Below, piece after piece: positions 29,504 to 40,200 of a stretch of 64,000 nt of DNA. A program made the translations under genes and the position numbers. The DNA lies in NCBI GenBank assembly GCA_964452565.1, contig CAYVLY010000003.1, positions 22,555 to 86,554 of the forward strand, written 5' to 3'. This DNA is from an uncultured Gammaproteobacteria bacterium. Its GTDB lineage: Bacteria; Patescibacteriota; Patescibacteriia; UBA9934. The notes under the pieces were generated by a model, which was not told the origin of the DNA, did not search any database, and saw only the letters and a list, made by a program, of their open reading frames with translations. How positions within the stretch are numbered: position 1 is the first letter of the stretch; each line of letters opens with the position of its first letter.

Positions 29504-30961
29504 ATGGATTTACGAAAAATCGAGAATTTTCAAGATGCTGTAGTGACCGTAATGGGGCTAGGTCGATATAAGCAAGGAAGTGGTCTTGGAGCTGCAAAAT
29601 GGCTTATACGCCATGGCGCTCAGACTATCATCACAGACCTCAAAGATGAGACTGAACTTGAAGAGTCCATGGAACTTGTGATGGAGTGGTATCACAAGTA
29701 TCGTGAGATGTATCCGGATCGAACCATTTACTCACCATTATTTGTTCTTGGTGAGCATCGTAAAGAAGATTTCACTGAGGTGGACTGTGTTGTTCAAAAC
29801 CCAGGAGTACCAAGTGAGTCTGAGTTTATTGTTGCTGCAAAACAAGCAGGTGTATCAATCGAATCAGATGTGAGTCTTTTCTTCCGCTTCTCACCATATC
29901 CAATCGTTGCAGTCACAGGGACCAAGGGAAAGACCACAACAACTAAGATGATTGGTACAATGTTTGAGAACCAGGATGACCGAACAATTGTTGCAGGAAA
30001 TATCAAAGTATCGCCGCTTGAGTATCTCGATGAGCTCTTAGTGCGCGGGGAGGAAACACTGATCGTGCTTGAATTATCATCATGGATGCTTGAGAGCTTG
30101 CCAGGTGCATTTGAAGACATTGGTAAGGGACCAGATTTTGCAGTGCTAACCAATGTGTACCCAGATCACTTAAATCGATACAACTCATACGAAGATTACA
30201 TTCATTCAAAGGAGATTATCTTTTTGTCACAGGATCCAGACCAGTACACGATATTAAACTATGATCATGAGACTGTGCGTGGAATGGAATCAAAAGTTCG
30301 CGGACAGCTTTATTGGTGTTCCAGAAAATACATGGACCATAATGGATGTTTTATAAAGGACGGCATGATCGTATTCCGTAAAGAGGGTCAAGAAGAGGAG
30401 ATAGTCCCTGTTGATGAGGTGGGTCTCAAGGGCGAGCATAATATGGAAAATATCCTGACCTCAATTTGTGCTGCTCGACTTCGAGGAGTTGCATCTGATG
30501 TTGTTAAAAAGATCACAAAAGAGTTTCAGGGGGTATCAGATCGACAAGAGCTCGTACGTGAGGTTGATGAGATTACTTATATCAATGATACAACTGCGAC
30601 GCAGCCTGATGCTGTTATTGCTGCGCTAAAGCGATTTGGTGCAGATGCTGATGTGATTCTTATTGCTGGCGGAATGGATAAGGGTGTTGAGTATGATGCG
30701 CTTGCGGATCAGATTGCAGAAACCTGCAAGCACTTGGTGTTGTTTGATGGTGATGCATCGCAGATGATTTCAGAGAAAGTTGGAGATCGTGTGAAAAAGA
30801 CAGAAAAGATTTTGTCCATGAAAGATGCAGTGCAGCATGCAAAGTCTTTAGCTGCTTCAGGTGACATAGTCCTACTCTCGCCAGCGGCCGCAAGCTTTAA
30901 CATGTTTAAGAATGAGTTTGATCGTGGGGAGCAATTCCGTGAAGAGGTGCGAAATTTGTAA
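29504..30961 (+). CDS. murD: UDP-MurNAc-L-Ala--D-Glu ligase
   Basis: VTGTKGKTTT, LELSSW, PDHLNRY and LLSPAAASF..RGEQF motifs. Confidence 0.95.
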   Translation: MDLRKIENFQDAVVTVMGLGRYKQGSGLGAAKWLIRHGAQTIITDLKDETELEESMELVMEWYHKYREMYPDRTIYSPLFVLGEHRKEDFTEVDCVVQNPGVPSESEFIVAAKQAGVSIESDVSLFFRFSPYPIVAVTGTKGKTTTTKMIGTMFENQDDRTIVAGNIKVSPLEYLDELLVRGEETLIVLELSSWMLESLPGAFEDIGKGPDFAVLTNVYPDHLNRYNSYEDYIHSKEIIFLSQDPDQYTILNYDHETVRGMESKVRGQLYWCSRKYMDHNGCFIKDGMIVFRKEGQEEEIVPVDEVGLKGEHNMENILTSICAARLRGVASDVVKKITKEFQGVSDRQELVREVDEITYINDTTATQPDAVIAALKRFGADADVILIAGGMDKGVEYDALADQIAETCKHLVLFDGDASQMISEKVGDRVKKTEKILSMKDAVQHAKSLAASGDIVLLSPAAASFNMFKNEFDRGEQFREEVRNL

Positions 30962-31021
30962 AAGAACCCAGAACCCAGCCAAAGGCCCCGAGCAGGGTCG
31001 AGGGGAACACAGAACTCAGAT
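30962..31021. repeat. Heptamer repeats with nested CCCCGAGCAGGGTCGAGGGG element
   Basis: agaaccc agaaccc ... gaacac agaactc, interrupted at 30986-31005. Confidence 0.55.
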
Positions 31022-31025
31022 CAAT

Positions 31026-32336
31026 ATGATTCGTTTGTTACGCAAAATCATTCCGCAACCGATTTTGAATATCTACCACTTGGCGCTTGCAAGGTTGGCG
31101 GTTTTTCTCTACGCAGATCCTTCAAAAGAAATGATTGTAATTGGAGTCACCGGAACCAATGGAAAGTCATCTACTATACAGATGATTGCGCAGATGCTTG
31201 AGTCACAGGGTGCCATTGTGGGATATACAACAACAGCGCGGTTTTCAATAGCTGGGCATGATGTTATCAACGATATGAAAATGACCATGCCGGGTCGTTT
31301 TTATTTACAAAAGACTTTGAAACGCATGGTTCGAGCTGGTTGTGAGTATGCGATTATTGAAACAAGCTCTCAAGGGATTGAGCAGTTCCGCCACATAGGT
31401 ATTAATTACGATCTTGTCACATATACTAACTTAACACCTGAGCACATTGAGGCACATGGAGGTTTTGAAAATTATAAGGCCGCAAAGGGAAAGCTGTTCG
31501 CGCATCTAATGGATCGCACACATAAGACAATCAAAGACCAGGAGATAGAAAAGATTTCAGTTATTAATGCAGATGATGATCATGCTCCGTTCTTTTCATC
31601 CTTTGATGCAGATAGACATATAACTTTTTCAGTATCAGGCACACCAAATAAAGATCATCTGGTTGTAAAACCTGGAAGGATTAGTGCAGGGGGATTGAAA
31701 ATCAATGTGAATAATGTCGAAATGATAATTCCATATATTGCGACTTTTCAGCAAAAAAATGCAATTAGTGCACTAGCTGTTTTGCATGCACTAGGATTTA
31801 GTGAAGGAGAGATTAAGAAAGCACTTAAACACCTTGAGCCAATCGCGGGTCGTTTCGAGAGGGTAGACGAGGGTCAAGATTTTTCTGTGATTGTCGATTA
31901 TGCCTATGAACCGTTTGCTTTGCATGCATTGCTAGATGCTATAAAGGTGTTAAAGCCAAAAAGAATTATTGGGATACATGGGTCAGCTGGTGGTGGGCGA
32001 GACAAGGCTCGCAGACAAAAGATTGGAGAGCTTGCTGCAGAGCATGAAGATATTGTAATAGTTACGAATGAGGATCCATATGATGAAGATCCGCGTCAGA
32101 TTATTGAGCAAGTTGCAAAAGGTGCGAAAAAAGCTGGAAAGCAAGAGGGCGTTAATCTATTTTTAATTGATGATCGAGACAATGCGATTAGTAAAGCTAT
32201 TCATTTGGCTAAAAAAGGTGATGTTGTGATAATCACAGGAAAAGGTTCTGAAACTGTTATGGCAGTTGAAAAAGGCAAGAAAGTTCCGATGGATGACAGG
32301 GAAAGCGCTCGACGAGCATTAAGAGAGGTTCTATGA
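31026..32336 (+). CDS. murE: UDP-MurNAc-tripeptide synthetase
   Basis: GVTGTNGKSS, ETSSQG, TNLTPEH, VDYA and GGRD motifs. Start moved to MIRLL. Confidence 0.92.
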   Translation: MIRLLRKIIPQPILNIYHLALARLAVFLYADPSKEMIVIGVTGTNGKSSTIQMIAQMLESQGAIVGYTTTARFSIAGHDVINDMKMTMPGRFYLQKTLKRMVRAGCEYAIIETSSQGIEQFRHIGINYDLVTYTNLTPEHIEAHGGFENYKAAKGKLFAHLMDRTHKTIKDQEIEKISVINADDDHAPFFSSFDADRHITFSVSGTPNKDHLVVKPGRISAGGLKINVNNVEMIIPYIATFQQKNAISALAVLHALGFSEGEIKKALKHLEPIAGRFERVDEGQDFSVIVDYAYEPFALHALLDAIKVLKPKRIIGIHGSAGGGRDKARRQKIGELAAEHEDIVIVTNEDPYDEDPRQIIEQVAKGAKKAGKQEGVNLFLIDDRDNAISKAIHLAKKGDVVIITGKGSETVMAVEKGKKVPMDDRESARRALREVL

Positions 32337-32896
32337 GCGTGTCTACGGTTGAACTTCAACCTGAAGAGCAGGTTCTTGCAGTTGTGCGAAGAAGCGTATG
32401 TAGAGAGCTTCCTCGATTTTTCTTTGCTGCGATTTTTATACTGATTCCTTTCTTTTTCTTTTTCCCTCTAATGCGACTTGGTGGATTTGGCTTTGTTCTG
32501 TTTATAGTTATTCTAGGACTTGCGCTTTTGTACTCCTCAAGATTATGGGTAATGTGGTTTTACAGTGTTTTGATTATCACAGATGAGCGCATTATTGATT
32601 CTGAGCAACAAGGTTTGTTTAAGCGCGAAATTTCAGAACTTGATATTCAAGATATAGATGAGGTTGAGTGTGATAAAAAGGGAGCCATGCAAAAGATGTG
32701 TAGGCTTTCCACAGTCTATATTCGCACCAAGAAGGACCGCACATTTGACATAAAGGTTTCAGATCTAAAGCATTCGGAAAGGTTTGAGTCACTTCTTGAG
32801 GCAGTACAGGATATTCACGCAGAGGCTTCTCTTGGATCAAGGCGCAAGGTAGTATTAAAAAAGAAACATGGCACGAAAAAAGTCAACAAAAAATAA
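32333..32896 (+). CDS. Membrane protein with bacterial PH domain
   Basis: 2 TM followed by IITDERIID..QGLFKR. Confidence 0.7.
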   Translation: MSVSTVELQPEEQVLAVVRRSVCRELPRFFFAAIFILIPFFFFFPLMRLGGFGFVLFIVILGLALLYSSRLWVMWFYSVLIITDERIIDSEQQGLFKREISELDIQDIDEVECDKKGAMQKMCRLSTVYIRTKKDRTFDIKVSDLKHSERFESLLEAVQDIHAEASLGSRRKVVLKKKHGTKKVNKK

Positions 32897-33272
32897 GTGG
32901 TTTATTGCGATCTTGGCAGTATTGCTTGTGGTTTTTTTGATTGCTTTTGGACGTGAGTATGTGGGGAACATACAAGTCCAGCATTACATCGAGGATCTGC
33001 AGGAACAAAAGCTTGAACAAGAATCTGAGCAGCTGGAGACAATGGCATTGATTCAGGAGCTTTCAAGTGAGTATTTCTTAGAGTCAGAGGGGCGCATTAA
33101 GCAGGGCTTGGGACAGGAGGGTGAGACCGTAATTGTTATTCAGGACGATGAAAATGGTGACGGTCAAGACCAGGATGGAGTTGATGATGGAATGACAAAT
33201 GTTGCGCGTTGGTTTTATTACTTTTTCGCGTCCAATACTTTTAATGAACTAAAAGGTTATGAGGATAGCTAA
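32868..33272 (+). CDS. FtsB/DivIC-like septum formation initiator
   Basis: TM, coiled coil and FLESEGRIKQGL..EGE motif. Confidence 0.7.
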   Translation: MARKKSTKNKWFIAILAVLLVVFLIAFGREYVGNIQVQHYIEDLQEQKLEQESEQLETMALIQELSSEYFLESEGRIKQGLGQEGETVIVIQDDENGDGQDQDGVDDGMTNVARWFYYFFASNTFNELKGYEDS

Positions 33273-34113
33273 AGAGGACAAGGAAGTTCAGGAGGTTCAG
33301 ACACGATTCTCGTTTCTGAATTTTTTGATACTAGTGATTGTATTGTTGATCATTGGCAGCGTATTCTTTGTTTATAATCAGATTTATAGTCAGCACACAA
33401 ACACTGAATTCACTCGGTCAATCGCGAATGTGCTGCCATTGCCAGCTGGGTCAGTGAATGGAGATCTGTTTTGGTATGAGGAGGTATTCGCTTTTGATAG
33501 TTTGGCGCAGATTGAAGAGCCAGATGAGGATCATTTTGGTTCTGCGATTGATGCGATTGTACGGCAAAAAATTATAGGGCAGATTGCAGGTGAGTTAGGT
33601 GTCTCAATTGATTCGATTGAAACAGGTGAAGATCAGTGGAGTCAGTATAGTTGGACCCAAGAGCAATATGAAGATTATGTGCTTGAGCCATTAGCGCTGT
33701 CTACAGCTGTAGATGAGGCGATTTATGACTCTGATAAGCATCAACAAAGTGTCATTGATGAGCTAGGACATGTTCTGTCTTTGTATGAATCAGGTGTTAG
33801 CTTTGAAGACCTTGCGATCCAATACTCTGAGACTGCTGCTGGTCAGTTTGGTGGTGATGTAGGGTATGTGTGTGTAGATGAGCTTGATGATGGGCTGGAA
33901 GGTGGGTGGGTCAATGAGATTGATATAATCTCCGATATTATCGAACTTGAAGATCGATTTGTGGTAGCAATGACCTATGATCAAATCGAATCTGAAGATG
34001 AGGAGGCTTGCACTCAGATTGGCCTGCAAATGATTGTACTCTATAAAAACACACTGGCTGATGTACTCATCGAATACAAAGAAGCAGCAGTAGTTAAGAT
34101 TTATGGTCAATAA
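33259..34113 (+). CDS. SurA/PrsA-like parvulin foldase
   Basis: FEDLAIQYSE..GGDVGY and N-terminal TM. Confidence 0.75.
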   Translation: MRIAKEDKEVQEVQTRFSFLNFLILVIVLLIIGSVFFVYNQIYSQHTNTEFTRSIANVLPLPAGSVNGDLFWYEEVFAFDSLAQIEEPDEDHFGSAIDAIVRQKIIGQIAGELGVSIDSIETGEDQWSQYSWTQEQYEDYVLEPLALSTAVDEAIYDSDKHQQSVIDELGHVLSLYESGVSFEDLAIQYSETAAGQFGGDVGYVCVDELDDGLEGGWVNEIDIISDIIELEDRFVVAMTYDQIESEDEEACTQIGLQMIVLYKNTLADVLIEYKEAAVVKIYGQ

Positions 34114-34132
34114 TTTGGGTAAGAAAAAGAAT

Positions 34133-34161
34133 TAAAATCCCCGTTCTGGCGGGGGGTTTTT
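34133..34161 (+). terminator. Intrinsic terminator
   Basis: AAAATCCCCG..GGGGGGTTTT imperfect hairpin plus T-run. Confidence 0.55.
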
Positions 34162-34221
34162 ATGTCCACAGATTTGTTTGTTCGAACCGCCATAATTGAT
34201 ACAATATACGCACAAATATAC

Positions 34222-37200
34222 ATGAGATATATAAAGACAAGATCACTTGCCTTATTCATTTGTAATGTTTCAGTCATTGCAGTATTTGTGTTTCTTGCTG
34301 GAGTTTTGTGGGTCAATAATGCTGAAGCTGCTGTTGTAACTTGGGAGGGAGATGTTGATAATAATTGGAGCACTGATGGCAACTGGGATACTGGAACGGC
34401 TCCTACTTCGATCGATGTTGCGACATTTGTGGACGCCTATGATGCAAACTGCGATATTGATGCCACGATTAATGTCAAAGGAATTGATATAAACACCGGA
34501 TACGCCGGCACAATCACGCAGCAGACAGGTTCTGATATAACAGTTGGAACTAGTGATTTTGCCCAGGATGCGGGTACATTCACAGGAAGTAGTAATGCTT
34601 CTGACGACATTACCATCAATGGTGACCTTACCGTAGGAAGTAATTTTACATCTACTAAAGGAACTTTGTATTTGGCTGGAATAGTTAATATCACAGGAAC
34701 ATTTACCCACAACAGCGGAACAGTAGAAGCTATTTTTGCTTCTGGAAGTACAGATACTGATTTTAATAATGCGGCGACTTTGTATAACTTCATTGTTAAC
34801 AAATCAAGCTGGGACGTAAATTTGAGCGGTCAGACTATCATAGTGGAAGGCACGCTAACTTTGACAGATGGAGCAGTTAACAATGGCACGATTGAGATGC
34901 AAGGAGTAACAACAACGGTTGGTACAGATGCGGGTAATGGAAATGCTGATATCGAGTTCACACAATCTGCTACCCAGACACTTACATGTAGTGCCACTTA
35001 TTTCCAATATAAGATAACCGTTAACAAAGCCGGAGGATCCTTTGACTTTGGTTCAAATATTGATACATCAACCGATGCCAGTGCAGACTTTGTACTTACA
35101 TTAGGAACAGTTAATCTTGGCAGTTATACATTAAATGTTCATGATGATATACAAATCGATGGCGGAACGTTTAATAGTAATACAGGAGATGTTATAACAG
35201 ATGATCTAAGAATTAATGCTGGTACCTTTGAAGCTCCTGACGCTAGTGGTTCCTTGGCAATTTCTGGCGTCCTTGTGGTAGATGGTACATTCACCCATAA
35301 TGACGGAACAGTTACGCTTGATGACACAACAGCTGCTGGAGATGTAGATATTTATGATGCTGTTACTTTTAAAAACCTTGTATTAAACAAAACGGGCGGC
35401 TGGGGATTGAATTTGAGAACCATAACCATCATTGTGACAGACACATTGACTGTTACAGATGGGTACATCAACAACGGTACGCTCGAGATGCAGGGAGCAA
35501 CAACAACTATTGGCGCTAATGCTGACAATGGAAATGCTGACTTTGAGTTCACACAATCAGCCACTCAGACACTTACGTGTAACGCAACTTACTTCCAATA
35601 CAAAATAATCGTTAACAAAGCCGGAGGATCCTTTGACTTTGGTTCAAATATTGATACATCAACCGATGCCAGTGCAGACTTTGTACTTACATTAGGAACA
35701 GTCAATCTTGGCGGTTATACATTGGATGTTCAAGACCTTATACAAATCGATGGCGGAACGTTTAATAGTAATACAGGAGACATTATAACTGATAATTTGA
35801 CGATTAATGGTGGTACATTTGAAGCTCCTGACGCAAGTGGTTCTTTGACTATTTCCGGAGACCTAAGAGCGACTGGTACATTTACTCACAACGATGGTAC
35901 GGTCACGTTTGATGACACAACAGCTGGCGGAGAAGTAAATATCTATAATGCTGTCACATTCAAAAACCTTGTATTAAACAAAACAAGTGGCTGGGGGTTG
36001 AATCTAAGAACCACAACAACTATTGTTACAAATACACTTACCGTGACAGATGGTTACGTCAACAACGGTACCTTGCAGCTGCAAGGGGCAACAATAACGG
36101 TTAATGCAGATGACAATGGAACTGCTGACTTTGAGTTTACAGGATCTGCTACGCAGACATTTACCTGTGGCGCAACTTACTTCCAAAACAAAATAATTGT
36201 CAACAAAGCCGGAGGATCCTTTGATTTTGGTTCAGATATTGATGTTAGTACTGATGGAAATGCAGATTTTGTGCTTACAACAGGAACAGTCAATCTTGGC
36301 AGTTATACATTAGACCTTCACGATGACTTGCAAATCGATGCCGGAACATTTAATGGTGGTTCAGGGGATATTGTAGCCAATGACGTTTTAATCAATGGTG
36401 GTACATTCGAAGCTCCAGATGCCAGTGGATCATTAACTCTTTCAAAGGTCCTCACCGCTGTTGGCACCTTTTCTCACAACAATGGGACGGTAACATTTGA
36501 TGATACAGTATCCGGTGGAGACGCGGATGTTAATCAGGCAGTTACGTTTAATAATCTCGCAGTTAACAAGCCTGGCTGGGGGCTACAGCTTAGTTCACAG
36601 ACCATTGTTGCTGAAGGGGCACTAACCATGACAGACGGTAGATTCAATAGCGGAACTGTGCAGGCGCAAGGAAATGTTACTGTTGCATCAGCCTGGGATA
36701 CTGATACAAGCACAACATTGCAGTTCACTAGCAGCAATGTGCAAAGCTTTGATTTAACAGGTGCTACAGGTGCTTTTAACGCTGATATTGTTATTAATAA
36801 GTCCGGAGGGTCTGTTCAGCTAGCCTCAGATTTGACAATGAATCAGTCAGACCAAGACCTGACTATTGTTGAAGGAACTTTTGATCTTAATGGTTACGAT
36901 CTTGATATCAACGACCAAGCAAATAGTGACTTCGATATTGAAGATGGAGGGGTACTTAGGTGGCAGGGCTCGGAAACATTGTCAGTAAATACTGGTGACC
37001 CCACGCTTGCATCTGGAAGTCAAGTTATCTATGACCCGACTTCGGGGACTGTCTCACTACAGGATTGGACATATCATCATCTAGAAGTAGTAGGTACTGG
37101 TGGTGCGGTTGTGCAGATGGGATCTACGGAAACTATAGCTGGGAATTTAACAATAACGTCAGGAATACTTGATGTAAACGGCTCTGGTCTCACGGTTAGT

Positions 37201-40200
37201 GGAACATTTAGTAATTTAGGCACATTGAGAATCCAGGGTGATGAGACATTGTCTTTAACCAATGATACTGACAGTGGAACCATTGAATTTGTAGGAGATG
37301 GAGATAGCGCAGCAGATGCTTACAACATGCTTAATTGGACCTTTAATAACCTCTCAGTTAATTTTACTGACAGCGCTGATTCAATCAATGGTCAGTATTT
37401 AACTGGCACAAACACCATGGCAAATAATCTATGGTCATATTGGAATTTGGATGATGGGTCAGGATCAACTGCAACTGACCAGTCAGCAAATACGAATAAT
37501 GGAACACTTAATAATATGGAGGAAGGGGACTGGATTACATCTGATTTAGCGCCTCTTACCTTCACAAATACCAATGGTTTAGTTTTCGATGGCGGAACTA
37601 GTAATGAATATGTTGAATTTACTAGTGATGCAGCCTTCAATGACAGATCAGTTTCACTCTGGTTCAAAACATCTGACACGTCATCCAGGCAGGTGTTATT
37701 TCAAGAGGGAGGGACATCTAATGGAATGAATATTTATATAGATGGAGGAAAAGTTTATGGTGGCTCCTGGGGGAGTGGGATAAATTCAGTATTCCTGTCC
37801 GGAAATATTAGCGCAGATACTTGGACAAATGTAATTTTAACATTTGACGATACTGGAAATCTTGAATTGTTTATAGGCAATGTAAGCCAAGGAACATCTG
37901 CAACTGGTGGATCTATGCCAGCACATACCGCACAAGATTCTTTGGCGGCAAAGCTAGGTGATACAAAGTATCACGATGGTACCAGTAATGGTAACGGTCA
38001 TTATTTCAATGGTCGCATGGACGAGGTCAGAGTTTATGAGCGCGTTGTTACTAGTGCCGAACGAATAGCACTTGCGGCAGGAAGTAATGATAGCCGTACT
38101 TCAACACCACTGAGCTCTCTAACAGTTAATAGTAATTTTACTCAGGCTGGCGGAACCTTTACTGCACCAACAGGAACAATGACGGTGAAGGGGAACTTTG
38201 CTAATACTGGTGGAACATTTACACACAACAGCGGAACAGTAGCATTGTCTGATTCAGGTGTTGCAACAACTGTCTCTGGAAACACGACATTTAACAACCT
38301 GTCAATGACGACTAATGGAGATACAATCACATTTACGCATACTACAACAACAACTGTGGCAGGTACATTTACAGTAACTGGTGCGTCAGGTCAGCAAATA
38401 ACTCTAGCTAGTTCAGACCCAGGTACCACTTGGCTTTTAAATGTTTCCGGAACAAGTTCCGTTGACTACGTACATGTTACAGATTCAGATGCAAGTGGTG
38501 GCAATGCCATCACACATGTTGATGTTGCTCATTCTACTGATAATGGGAATAATACCAACTGGGGCTTTAATGTTGCTCCAACAGTTACATCTGTTACAGC
38601 AGTTCAAGAATCAGACGGAACTGTCACAATTACATTCATCATGGATGATGGCGATGATGATAATACCCTAGAAGCCCTTGTTCAATACAATGTAGGTGGA
38701 GGGAATACAAAGGCGACTCTTAGCGAGACAGATGGAGATACTTCTGCAACATATGGAGATCCAAAAGTAGAGAATGATGATACTTATCAAGTTGGTAATG
38801 CCTCTGGATATATAACAAGTTCATCTGGAGCTAATACAGTGACGACGCAATGGAATGCATCTACAGATGAAACAGGGATAGATATTTCTACTGCAACCAT
38901 CACGGTTACTCCATACGATGGAACTGAAGCAGGAACACCATCTTCTAGTTCAAACTTTTCATTAGATCTCACGGCTCCAACAGTATCATCAGCGTCCTAC
39001 AAGGATACAAATGCAGATGGAACAGTGGATCGAGTGGATATTGTGTTTAATGAAAACGTTTCACTGGGAAGCTATAATACAGCAGACTGGTCATTCTCAG
39101 AACAAGGAACAATAACATTAGATGACTCTGGAGCGTCTGCTTCTACCGATACCATATTATTAACAGTCACGGCAGATGCTAACGAAACAGGAGGAGCAAC
39201 CGCGCCAACAGTGCTATATACAAATGCTGCGGGTAGATTAACAGATGCATACAATAATGCGGTTGCAACATTTGGAGCTGCGCAGACAGTTACTGACGCT
39301 GCTTCTCCGCGCATGAACCAGATTGGGTATAGGGATTCAGATGCAGATGGGCAGATAGATTCCGCAGTTCTAGCATTCTCAGAGACGGTAACCATTGTTT
39401 ATGACGATGGAGATTGGGTTACGGTAGCTAATGACCTGACAAACATGGACGTTTCAGCGATTGCTTCAGGAAACGGAACATCAAGTGTCACATTTACTGC
39501 AACAGCCGCAGCAGACATCACAGGGGGCTCTACACAACCAACAATTGCGTTTACTCCAACAACTGGATCTATTCAGGACTCAGCTACAAACGCTGCAACA
39601 GCATTTAGTGCAACATCATTTGTAGACGAGGCAAAGCCAGTAATCTTAACCTCAACTCCAACGGATACATCTACTGTTCAATCACGAACGAATGCTATTG
39701 TCTGGAATTTCTCAGAGGCAATGGCTACTGGTGGAGGATGGGTGCATGCCTCAGAGTTTACCTCGACCCCAAACCCAGGAGGATGGGGAACTGCTTCTTG
39801 GAGTAATAGTGATAAAACTGTAACTGTTTCACATGCTCCATTCTTATGTATTACAGATTATTCAATAGCGACAGATGATACTGTTATAGCTGCCGCTGCG
39901 GGGGAGACTGGATACACAGCATTGGATGACTCTGCTTCAGCCCCAATTGGAACAGCTTTAACCTTCACGACCATGACTTGCACAGGGACAAGCTCAAGCC
40001 AGGCGTCTCAAGTCGCAGATACAATGAGTTATCCTGTTACAGATGATATTGATGTTGCAGATGGTGCAGGAGCGGCTGATGAGGATGAATGTTCTGGCGT
40101 AGAGCCAGGGGCAAAGATTAAATTATCCTGGTCAGTGACTTCTAGTGTTGGGTTTGTGAATCTGTACTATTCAACAGATCAGGGTGAGACTTACGCCACC

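Noticed and set aside
34954-36480. DGR template/variable repeat pair
   Set aside because: Differences are mostly synonymous and not adenine-specific, both copies are in one ORF, and no RT is present.
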